DNA of 62,952 nucleotides, counting the filler, from Octopus bimaculoides (lineage: Eukaryota): NCBI RefSeq assembly GCF_001194135.2. It is 5 parts of 5 records of this genome, joined end to end, with 100 filler letters (N's around TTAATTAATTAA, not from the genome) between each part and the next. Parts side by side here need not be neighbours in the genome. Positions count along the whole stretch, not along the records: positions 45,053 to 60,220 come from NC_068988.1; positions 60,321 to 62,952 come from NC_068987.1; 3 more parts are not named here. One strand, given 5' to 3'. Shown in pieces: positions 51,903-62,952 of the stretch (positions are counted from its first letter, which is position 1; the number at the start of each line of letters is the position of its first letter). The notes beneath the pieces are model-generated. The model did not search any database. It was not told the origin of the DNA and saw only the letters and a program-made list of their open reading frames with translations. Position numbers and translations under genes: made by a program.

Positions 51903-53110
51903 AAGGGTGGCTTATTAGCAAAGGGACCTACCTCCCTTTGTCGGTCATTAATATAATGCTTTACTTAATGGTAGTAGACCGATATAATTTTGATGTAACT
52001 TTTATTGCAAAAAAAAAAGAAAAAATCTATCATTCAATATGGTCGCCTTTTGAGCAATAGCTGCTTCCACACGAGAACGAAATTTTTTTACAGCTGCCAC
52101 AACCCCTGCCTTTTTCATTTTGCGTTTCGCGCGTATGATGCTGGTCTTCAAACTGTTGACACTCGAGTGTGGTGAAGCATTGGTCCTTCTTGAGAAGGTT
52201 GAGACCTGGGCTGTTACTGGGCCAGATATTGGCCCTCAAAGACATAGCACCTTCTCACCGGTATTGTGTCTGACCCATGGCATGGTGCAGAATCCTGGAT
52301 GAGCACCATGTTGTCAAGCCCAAACTCCTACTCCATCCAAGGTAGCAAAGCGTTCTTCAGGATGTTCAGATACTCCTTTGTGCGAATTTTCAAGCCAGAC
52401 TCAATGAAATGTGAATCTTAGGATTCTTAGTCTCAAACACAGTTTGGCGGGAAGTCAGAAGGGCTGCATGCAATCACTCCAGAATATGCGATCCACGTTA
52501 GCGTCCACAGCAAACTTCTCGTTCACAAACACGTGAATTTTTCTTCCACCTTGATGTTTGATGAATGACAGAACTTTTGGGCGTCTCTCGGCTCTGACTG
52601 ATTTGGCCTTAGCTATGAAGAATTGACGGCGTCGTCGAACATAGCTAGTCATGCCAAGGTTCTTGTTCACAGCTCTGGATACCGTGGAAAGGGACACATT
52701 GTGTTTCTTTGCAAGACTTGTCATGGGTATGGCTGGGTTGGCTTCAATCGAGTGTTTGAGGCCATCGAGAAACTTTGGAATGTGCTTGGAATCACTTCGA
52801 ATCTTGTATTCTTTTGTATCAATCTTTCCCTCTTCTTTAAATTCTTTATATACACGATAAATTGTTGCTTTTGGAAGTTTCGTCAACTTAACAATTTTAT
52901 TGGCAGTGTGCCCGGTCCGTGCCAAAGTAACAATAGCGGAACGATTCTGTTGTGCTATGACTTACTTTTGCCGAATGAATTCGCTATTTATCTAGAAAAT
53001 AAAGAAGAGGATTCGATTTTCAAGGTAGCAAGGTCTTGTGAAAAAATGAAATGTTAAACCCACTATGTCAACAGCTTAAAATTGGTCTCAGTTTATCAGC
53101 AAGACCCTGT
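51903..53110 (-). mobile_element. Near full-length (~1.2 kb) Tc1/mariner transposon, pseudo
   Basis: TA-CAGGGT terminus at 53112-53105; HTH-type ORF 52925-52455 (LSTVSRAV, VFVNEKF); QDSAPCH; WPSNSPGLN; KFRSRVEAAIAQKGDHIE*. Frameshifted; left TIR degenerate. Confidence 0.85.
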
Positions 53111-54509
53111 ATAAATACATACATGTGTGTGTGTGAATGTGTGTGTGAGTGAGTGTGTGTGTCTCTGTGTGTGTATGGTATCTTTTATAGGAATATTTTT
53201 AGTTGAAACATAATCTGATAGAGAAGATTATACAATTGTAAAATTCAATGTTCACTTATTTGTATAATATCAACAAGAATGTAGCCAGCTATTTGACTCG
53301 CCGAAGATGGCTTGTTCAATCTATGACAATAATTTTGCATTATATTATGAATTTAAGTGACGAGAAGGAGTTAATTGAAATATGCACTGCATTTTAGGCT
53401 GGTAATAAGATTACCTTCTATCTTTGAATATTTCTGAACAATATACCTTCTATCTGATTGTTGTTAATAAGGCTTTCTATTTTTTTGTATTGAGTTTTCA
53501 CGTATACTTTTTGGAAAGATTTGTATGTTTTCAGCCAGAAAGTTATTGAATATTGGCTGAATTCTTCATGACAAATATTTTCAGCAACTAATAAATATTT
53601 TGGAGTGTTTTCATATAAATGATTCACTTATAATGATAACAGGTACAGTTTGTGCGCGTGCGTCCGCGTGTGTATCTGCGTCTGTATGCACGCACGTATG
53701 CGTGTTGTGTTATGCCTGTACTGAATACCTGACCGTGTTCGAGTTTAACATCTCTTTATCATCTTCTAGTTCGAGATTCTTGCTGCTCTTTTGATAACAT
53801 AAAGTTTCGAAATCTATTATTATCACTTTAGACCAGCATACACTAATCCGGTATTTATTTCTAGTTATGATTTGCGTGTTTACCTTTCTGTGTTTATTAT
53901 TTTATAACATTAATGTATTATGGCTATTCCTTTTATCATTGCTCGTTCTCTGTTTGTGAAAGGATTCTGTAGAGTATATCTGCACAACCAATATAGCAGT
54001 TGGAGTCTTGAAATTTACAACTTGCATGCTTGAATGATGTTTATAACTCACATTGAATTATTAGCATGTTTTTTCTAATAGGAAAATGCTAGTTAAAAAC
54101 GCTTTCATGCATAGAGATAGATAGCTAAAGAAAAGAGAGAGAGAGGGGGGAGAGAGAAAAAGAGAGAAAATAAGATAGATAAACCAATTTAAGCTTGAAA
54201 CATATTTACATGGAGCATAAAATACGGTCTAAATAACAAAGAAACAAAGAAAGACTGTAGAGGATTATGTAGTCTTATTTCGTCAGCTATTTCCAGCCTC
54301 AGACACGCATACAGATATAGACAGATAGATAGATATATGTATGTATACATTCATACACACATACATACGTACATGCATGCATACATACATACATACATAC
54401 ATACACTTCAACAGCATCGGTAACTCAACCTCTACACCAACTCAACCACATATTTACAATCATTGGGAACTCTTAATAACTTAAATGAAACTCAAAAACA
54501 AAACACTCG

Positions 54510-54573
<64 letters not shown>

Positions 54574-55558
54574 AATATTTCGTTCTTGTGTTTGGATTGC
54601 AAGGCTCTTGATGTGAATGTTAAAATTAATTTTATTGTCTTAGGAGAATCATTACGTCAATAATAATAAACGCACTGGTTCAATTCTGGTTCATTATTAC
54701 TAGTCAATCGGTTAGGTATCTATCCAACTAATTAATTGATCATTTGTTTAACATGTTGGTTAAACAGTCAATCAGTTTGTTTGTTTGTCAAAGATTTTCG
54801 TTGCCGCTTGCGAACTTTTCAGTCACTCGTGATCTCTTAACTTGCTTCCAAGACTACTTTTGCCTGTCTGAGACTTAGATCTATATCTGTGTGCTTATGT
54901 ATGGGCGCTTATATGTGCCTGTAGTTTAGAATAGGGCTTCAGAGTGAGAATATCGGAAACATTTGTGTGTGAGTGCCTGCGCGTGACTGTGTGTGTGGGG
55001 TATGTATGTCAGTGTGGTCGTGTGTATACGACCATACGACTGCTTGTATGAGTGTGTTTGTAAGCGTGTGCGCATTAGCCATCAGAGACTTCTCTCAGAG
55101 TTCATTCTTTAGTCTTTATCGTTTATTTTTGCCTTTTCTGCTGTAGATGGGTTTTATGGTATGGATTATGGCGTGTGGTGTGTAGTTCTTTCATGTGGAG
55201 AGGACGGCGAGAGTATAATGTACGCGTGTGAGCATCTGAGTACGCGTGTGTGTCTGTGTGGAAGTATCTGCGTACGTATGTATGTGTGTATTTTTAAGTG
55301 TGTTTGTGTGTGTGTGATTGTGTGCATGTAGGTGGGTGTATGCACGCGTGTGCCTGTACATGCCTCTGTTCATGCGTCTGTGTGTGTGCGGAGTATGTAT
55401 GTATGTGCCTGTGCATGTATGTGTTTGTGTGTATGTGTTTGTGTGTACGCGTGCGTCTACATGCATATGCATGGTGTCCGTGTATGTGTGTGTAGTTGAG
55501 TATTCTTGTGTCTGTGTGTCTGTGTATCTGCATGTGCACGTGTATGCGTGTATATGTA

Positions 55559-55607
<49 letters not shown>

Positions 55608-55784
55608 ATCTCTGTCCGTAAGTGCTCGTAGATGTGGCATTAACTGAACATATTTATGTGTATCTTTGTATCGGCTGTGTGCCCGCACGCACACGCGCGG
55701 GCGTGTCTCTGTGTGTATGTATGTGAAAGCTCTGTAAACGGCGAGCAGCCCTAAATTTGGTGTAAGTGAATTATATAGATATAG

Positions 55785-55923
55785 TAATAATAATTCATGA
55801 ATGGAATTTATAAATATTTTAATGCATCGCTACGCGCGTATCCAAAGTTCACATGTTTCTTACTATTTGCTGAAACACACATAGCGATGCATTAACATAT
55901 TTACAAATTCCATCCATGGATTA

Positions 55924-55950
<27 letters not shown>
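55785..55950. mobile_element. Foldback/MITE-like element, short copy
   Basis: Arms CATGAATGGAATTTATAAATATTTTAATGCATCGCTA and TAGCGATGCATTAACATATTTACAAATTCCATCCATG pair at 34/37; (AAT)/(ATT) tails outside. Confidence 0.8.
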
Positions 55951-55954
<4 letters not shown>

Positions 55955-56076
55955 ATTTATCGTACGTTATACCAACAAAACTCGTTACAACCCCATGAAA
56001 CTGCAATTGTAAGTTGGTGTCATTAGAATGTACCCGATATAACAAAAAAGGAGCTCTGTATGCGTACTTATAAACG

Positions 56077-56107
<31 letters not shown>

Positions 56108-56391
56108 CACACGAACACACACACGAACACACAAAATAGAAAGTGAAGCTTTTTGCGGTTGTTACGTCAATACCGGAAGTTGACATTGAGGAACCTTTTT
56201 AAAGAAGTGAATCTTAAATATAAAGCAATATTATTTATTTTTAATTAAAAAAATCAAATGAAGAGCCTAAGATTTATCCGAGGTCAAATTATTCATGCAT
56301 TACAAGTATGGAAGCATTTGGTGAAGTCGATTTCACGTGAAAAGCGATTACACACACATCTCTGTTTTATATATAGTATAGATATATATAG

Positions 56392-56450
<59 letters not shown>

Positions 56451-56451
<1 letters not shown>

Positions 56452-56629
56452 TGTGTGGACGCCCCCAGACGATAAGTAGGTTTGTCCAATACGTATAAAT
56501 AGCTAGACGAAAAGCGTCGAGCAAAGTGGAAGAACGGGAGAGCGAGACGGAGCCGTCGGTAGACGAGACGTCGAGTCCAGTAGAGTCGAGTCGTCGGAAG
56601 TGAGAGTTGAGAAGAGGGCATCCGCACAA
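56451..56629. mobile_element. Candidate short solo LTR or MITE (179 bp)
   Basis: 14-bp inverted termini TTGTGTGGACGCCC and GGGCATCCGCACAA (12/14), internal TATAAATAG, flanks ATATA and CTATA. Confidence 0.45.
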
Positions 56630-57130
56630 CTATACTGTTTTTATATTTTCTTGAGTTCCTTGCCATTTTGTGCGGAACAGTGAAATTCTCGAATCCATCA
56701 TCAACTTTTGTAGACTTTTATTATTTCATTATTTTGATGAGTTGAATTCGACATGTTTTACTCCCACTTTATAGTAGAAACGTGTAATAGTTTGATCAGT
56801 GACGACATTACCACTGTAATTTGAATGTTGATGGTTAGCTTTATACAAAGTTAGTCGAGGAAGGTTGCATTTCGTTTTTTTTCTGATGCTTTTATCAGTG
56901 TATGTTGTCCACAGTTAATTTCTCTGTTTTGAGAGATAACTATGTATAAAATAGTTGCCTGTTTACAGATGTTTTCCTATGTAAATTTGCATTCTGTAAT
57001 ATAGAAGCTTCTTGATTAAAGTGTTTATGGCTAGAAACAGAGCCTTCTCTATCTTGACATAAAAATCCAGAGAGAAAATATCGTATATTTCACGTCACAC
57101 ACTAATTCAGGCAGAAATAAATACTTGTAG

Positions 57131-57300
57131 GTAAATGGAGACAGTGGATATCCACTCAGATAAAACATGTCAGTGCTGAAATGTCCACGTAGAAAGGCAT
57201 TTATGCACTTCTCTACAAACGAATCTCCGGAAAAAAATAATAATATAACAAACACCAGTCATCACCAGAAACTGAAAGTAATCGAACAAACCTCTGACTA
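57131..57300 (+). mobile_element. Possible Harbinger transposase relic
   Basis: GDSGYPLR at 57137-57160, then YNKH and VIEQT pieces in shifted frames (cf. GDSGYPL..YN..H..VIERTFG). Confidence 0.3.
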
Positions 57301-59909
57301 ATTGATGTAATAGTATAACAAAAGAAATACATCATGCACGATACCTATTGCCAATATAGAAACCGCTGATAAAAAGTATTATATGGTTCGAATGGACACT
57401 GTAGTATAGATGAACACGTCAACAACCTAATTCAACCGAACACGCAAAGCATTGCACCCAACGATAAATTAACTAATAATATATTTCAAAAAAATCTAAA
57501 ACTAAAACCCTTCTTAACTAGTTTACAAATCACAAACCTATAAGATAGTGAATAAACTAGTAACAGTGAATGTGATTTACAAATTTCTTTTCAAATATGA
57601 CAGTTGTAATCTTTTCGACGACCTCCAGTTATATTTGTTATGCAAGTATGACATTCCCTTACTAGCTCATAGTGCAGTTAGATAACTGACAATGTCAACA
57701 CACTACATCTTTCAGCATAATACTAAGTTAGATATGGAAACATTAGCAAACTATACACTTAGCCCCTATAAAAACAAAGGATACAAACTTCAGTGATGCT
57801 GAAGCATGGAGGAATAACAATCACCTACTCTTTCTTTCATCATTTTATAATGCATTCTCATTTACCAAAATAATACATGTCATTCGGTATGTTCTTACCC
57901 ACTGTGATTTAGGTGAAGTGACATTTTTGTATTGGAATTATGAGAGTGTAACTGAAGGGTAAATGTCAACACGGTTGAACTGCATAAGTATTTATCTTTG
58001 ATTTTTATCATTCTACATTTCGATATCCGGTGCGGCATTTTCGGCATAGATTCAAGTTTATAATTTGTTTTATATTTGTTAAATCTATGCAGGGCTCTTC
58101 TATGTTGAGTAATAAATTTGTATTCGTCGAATTGAATGGAATGTTTTTGGCGAGTCAGTTTAGGTTGTCATTTATGTTGTGTTTTACGGCTATATGTTCA
58201 GCTTGATGCTTTGGTATATACTTATGTTAGTTTTAGGAAGAATGTTTCATGCAACCGTGCCAGATATTGTTTAGTGTCAAACCATCTTGATTGAACAAAC
58301 GTATAATCAAAGGCATTCCAATCGTGACTGCTCCATTTTGTTTATAAGCTGTGATTATTTAGCTATCAAAGTACATTGCCATTTTGTAAGAAACTATACG
58401 TTGCCACATGAGAAATGTTGACTAATATTACTACAAGAAACATCGAATAATCAAACCTAAATACATCACCATTTAGAAATGTAAAAAAAATTAAGAGGTA
58501 AAATTAAAATTAAATGGTAAAATTAAAAATTAAGAAATGTAAAAGGATGAATTCGATCAAACAGAAGCAGGCGAAGTACCGCAAATGAAATTTCAGCGGC
58601 TAAAAACTTAGTTTTCCAAACACGAATGTTGTGCCTCGAAGCAGCATTTATTTGGTCTCAAGATCTTCTAAACTTATGTGTTGAATCTCCACCAAACCAC
58701 GTTTCATCACCTTAGAAAATAAGAACGTATCTCGTTAGATATTTAATGGGGTTGTCACACATAGAAGGCCGATCGAACGGTAAAAAAATCAATATATACG
58801 GTTCAATAAGCAGGTCAACGCTAAACGTGAAACAACTTGAAAGGTATAATCAATAATGATGCTATCGTCAGTGTTGTTATTGCTCTTGAACGCTAGGTTA
58901 CCCCTGATTTAGCAATGAGCAACGGCATTGCAGCCTTTTTGAATGTATCAGTGTCCTAACGCTTTTTTAAGGTAGTAAAATATAGGGTGGTTTTTGACTG
59001 CTATTTCTTTTGGGTTGAGTAGCTACATTTAGTTCACGTGCGGATTTTTAATAATAACATTATTAAGGTTAAGTGCACTTCACCACAAATTTCACATTCA
59101 AACAAAGCAAAACAACAAAGCTGACCTTGACATACTTCGATTAACAAACAGATACAATAAAGAAAACCAGAAATATTGCATTTAACATCCTGTTAAAGTT
59201 GCAATATCCAATGACAGCAGTAGCAGTAGCAGCAGCAACAACAATAGCCATCATCTTAAGAAATATAAGTATCCAATATACGCCACACCTTTAAGGCAGT
59301 CAATGTATTTTATGTACCTTCAACATATTGCAAATTTATAAACAAAATGAAATGAAAGACTTCAACATTACCCAGCATTTATAAAAGTAAAAATGTTTCA
59401 TCACAAAGTAATTTCAGTTTTTAATAACATGAGAGAAATTACTACATCTCAGCTCAGGCATATACAAATGTGTATGACTTTTCTGTTAGAATTTCTAAAA
59501 ATGCAGTGAAGGCCCCATAACTTGCATACACTAATATTTCTCCAATGTAGATTACAACTACAATGCATGAATTCTAATAAGATACGACAACCTACAAGAA
59601 ATGCAATTATTTAAAAGAGATATTGGTAATCTAAAACACGTTCATATGATAAGCCAGCATAAATCTTATCAATTATCCATTAGGCTGCAAACGCCAGTCA
59701 CAAAATTTAAAAAAATTCTAAACAGCATAATTGAGGGAGATATCAAGGCATACAATGTATTCTGATACCAAAATAATGCACATAATACACCACAATAGTG
59801 ACATAACTAAATTACTTTTAATATTATAATGACTCACGTAAGGCAGTGAGCTGGCAAAATCTTTAGCGGCAGTCTGTCTGTCTTTGCTTTCTGAGTTCAA
59901 AATTCAAAA

Positions 59910-59986
59910 TTATTATTGAAGACTGGAATCGAACTCGAAATCTTGGAATAGTCGCTTGACCTAGTAACCACTACGCCATATGCCCG
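59910..59986 (-). mobile_element. Short tRNA-derived SINE
   Basis: A box TGGCGTAGTGG, B box GAGTTCGATTCC, (AAT) tail, no acceptor stem. Confidence 0.6.
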
Positions 59987-60175
59987 TAGACATTATGAAC
60001 TGTATGGATGGGTTTATTGAGTTTACATGATCTAAAACCACTCGGACATCTTCTGGTGGGATCAGAGTATAAAGGTGTCAACAACATATCGCCATAGGGT
60101 TGGTTTTAGTGTTGTTGATACTCAAGTCAAATTTTAATGCCCCTCCCCCCTTTCTTCGTTATTCATCTATATATG

Positions 60176-60220
<45 letters not shown>

Positions 60221-60320
60221 NNNNNNNNNNNNNNNNNNNNNNNNNNNNNNNNNNNNNNNNNNNNTTAATTAATTAANNNNNNNNNNNNNNNNNNNNNNNN
60301 NNNNNNNNNNNNNNNNNNNN

Positions 60321-60351
<31 letters not shown>

Positions 60352-61602
60352 ATGTATGTATATAAATACAAAACACACATATACACTTATATACTCACAT
60401 ACATACCAACGTACAAAAACTATACCTTGCGTCCTTCCAGTAGACGCTTCTTACTGACTCACACGAACACACACGATGTATGCATGTCCATAAAACAAGC
60501 ATGTTTTCATATGTGAAAGAGGCGCGGAAAGAATTTTCACTTTATGCACAATTACATATATGATAACTAATTAGCAATTAGCTTTTTCTCACCACAATTA
60601 CAATATGAAAATGATGTGATATACATACATACATACATACATACATACATACATACATACATACACGTATATGTATATGTGTGTGTGTATGTGTGCGTGT
60701 GTGCGTGCGTGTGTGTTATGTAAATGCATATGTATGTCTATGTATTTATGTAATTGAACATGTTTTTCAAGAGTGGATATATAACACGTTCAGGCCCCAT
60801 GTCCTACTTCTTGATCACCACACCTGGAATTACTATGACGTAGGCGAAAATATCTCATTAGATAAGATGCGTTCCTAATTAGAATTTGCTTCGAAAATAA
60901 ATTGAAATTGTGTAGTTTCTAAATTACATACACACGCACACAGATATATGTACATGCAAGCATACATATATATATATACGTACATACTTGTACACATAGA
61001 CATTATTTATACACGCATATAAAGACGTACGCGTGCATAAATGCGTGCACACGCGCGCTCATACACACACACAATACTCACATATATACATGTATGTGTG
61101 TGTGTGTATGTGTGTGTGTGTGTTTGTGTTTTGTGTATTTTGTTTATGCACTTATTAACTGTAGGATTGCCGCAGGGGAAAAGTCCCTTTAAGACGTCGA
61201 GTGTTATAAAACATGGTATACTTCAAAACAGGGGAGCCAGCTCGCCCCGTAGGTGGAGAACGATGGATATCAATATTTAGCTGTTATTTCAGCTTATCGG
61301 CATTGTATACTCGAGACACATGGAAACAAATTGGTGTTGCTGGTTTGAGGTATATATGCAAATATAGTAGAGTCTATCTGCTGATGTCCATTAGCACCGC
61401 AGAAGTTAAATGATTTTTTAAAAATATCTATTACGTCATGTTTATATATAAAAATATAATTTAATATTAAACTGATAAATTATCTTATTTTTTAATAGAT
61501 TACATGTTTATTAAAATTAAAAGAAGTGGGAGGATTTTGAATGGAAGTTTCGGCCTCTTAGCCTTCGTCCAACAGAAAGCTACAAAATCAACTCGGGTTA
61601 AG

Positions 61603-61942
61603 AGTTGTTTTGAGTCTTATTTCTAGCAATGCTGGTGCTTTCGCTTCTAAATTGCAATTAGCCACCTTAATAATTTATAATTCTCACTTCACCATTTTTG
61701 AAATCAGTCAATGTTTCTTAAGGTGTTCTCTATACTGCTGACAAGGTGAGTTAAGTTCTTTAACCCTCGGCGATGGAATAATGGGTCACTAATGAAGATT
61801 AATTAAGTCTGAAATCAGCGCTGATATGACTCCATCTTGCTTGTCGTAGGGAGGGAGCCTGTCTCCCTTGTCAGTCGTTAGGAAAGTGCTCTCACGTAGC
61901 TAATAGTTGTTTTGATCCTTGTTTCTAGCAATGTTGGTGCTT
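61603..61942 (+). mobile_element. Retrozyme-like or non-autonomous PLE unit, 302-bp period
   Basis: 38-bp direct repeats at 61603-61640 and 61905-61942 (34/38 identical) enclose a hammerhead; no ORF. Confidence 0.55.
61772..61836 (+). ncRNA. Type-I hammerhead ribozyme with G5A substitution
   Basis: GATGGA-ataatgg-GTCA CTAATGA AGATTAATTAAGTCT GAAA TCAGCGCTGA TA TGAC TCCATC: all three stems form, plus a distal stem I helix. Confidence 0.75.
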
Positions 61943-61991
61943 ACTAGCACCCTCCGTCACTTTAGTGACGATTATACTTATATATATATAT

Positions 61992-62294
61992 ATAGTAATA
62001 ATAGGAATAATAATACTCGGATGGAATTTTATAAATATTTTAATGCACCGCTACGCGTGTTTGCACAAATCACGTTTCTAAAGATTATAGTTCGTATTCC
62101 TGAGATGATTACCGTGCTCCAGCATGAATGTATGAACATGATCTACCCAATGTCCATGGATACTACGGACTGCACTTTAATCATCCCAGGAATACGGGCT
62201 ATGATCTTAAGAAACAAGTGATTTGTGGAAACACGCGTAGTGATGCATTTAAAATATTTATAAATTCTATCCAAAGATTATTGTTATTATTTAT
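61992..62294. mobile_element. Foldback/MITE-like element, long copy
   Basis: ~92-bp arms at 62019-62110 and 62179-62272, ~70-bp spacer; same termini as 55785-55950. Confidence 0.8.
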
Positions 62295-62899
<605 letters not shown>

Positions 62900-62952
62900 T
62901 ACATTGTATCGGCACAGCTCGGTGCGACCCCCCAAAACTGGTATCGCCATAT

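Noticed and set aside
59910-59986. tRNA gene
   Set aside because: A and B boxes are present, but there is no acceptor stem and it has an (AAT) tail; a SINE head.
61540-61575. Minus-strand GGACGA-AGGC..GGCC-GAAACTTC
   Set aside because: Two core mismatches and no stem III or cleavage triplet.
62205-62245. CTTAAGA..GAAACACGCGTA inside the foldback arms
   Set aside because: G5 is missing in all arm copies and stems I and II do not form.

Overview
AT-rich, microsatellite-saturated eukaryotic draft DNA with about 6.6 kb (~10%) of N gaps. The SINE families and repeat landscape resemble Octopus/coleoid cephalopod DNA; this is recognition from memory, not a database result. The window looks intronic or intergenic. 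No complete gene, rRNA, true tRNA or CRISPR array is supported, and nearly all supplied ORFs are translations of microsatellites or N runs. Supported content: (1) more than 25 copies or fragments of tRNA-derived SINEs of at least three families; (2) decayed non-LTR retrotransposons: R4/Dong-type with restriction-like endonuclease (RLE, two families), RTE, Tx1/L1, and a Penelope-like element (PLE) with a GIY-YIG remnant; (3) two Tc1/mariner relics, one with readable DD37D spacing; (4) foldback elements; (5) two or three small, phase-compatible candidate exons of an unidentified + strand gene. The most notable hidden signal is a set of type-I hammerhead ribozyme (HHR) motifs with palindromic stem III. 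One has an intact core (11793-11840) and lies in a ~235-bp inverted repeat beside the GIY-YIG relic. Two related copies are mutated. An unrelated, near-perfect motif carrying G5A sits in a 302-bp retrozyme-like unit (61603-61942), and two more are degenerate candidates. Second, the two R4/Dong families segregate by flanking microsatellite, (TAA)n versus (CATA)n. Hammerheads in PLEs and animal retrozymes are known classes; whether these particular families are described cannot be determined without searches.
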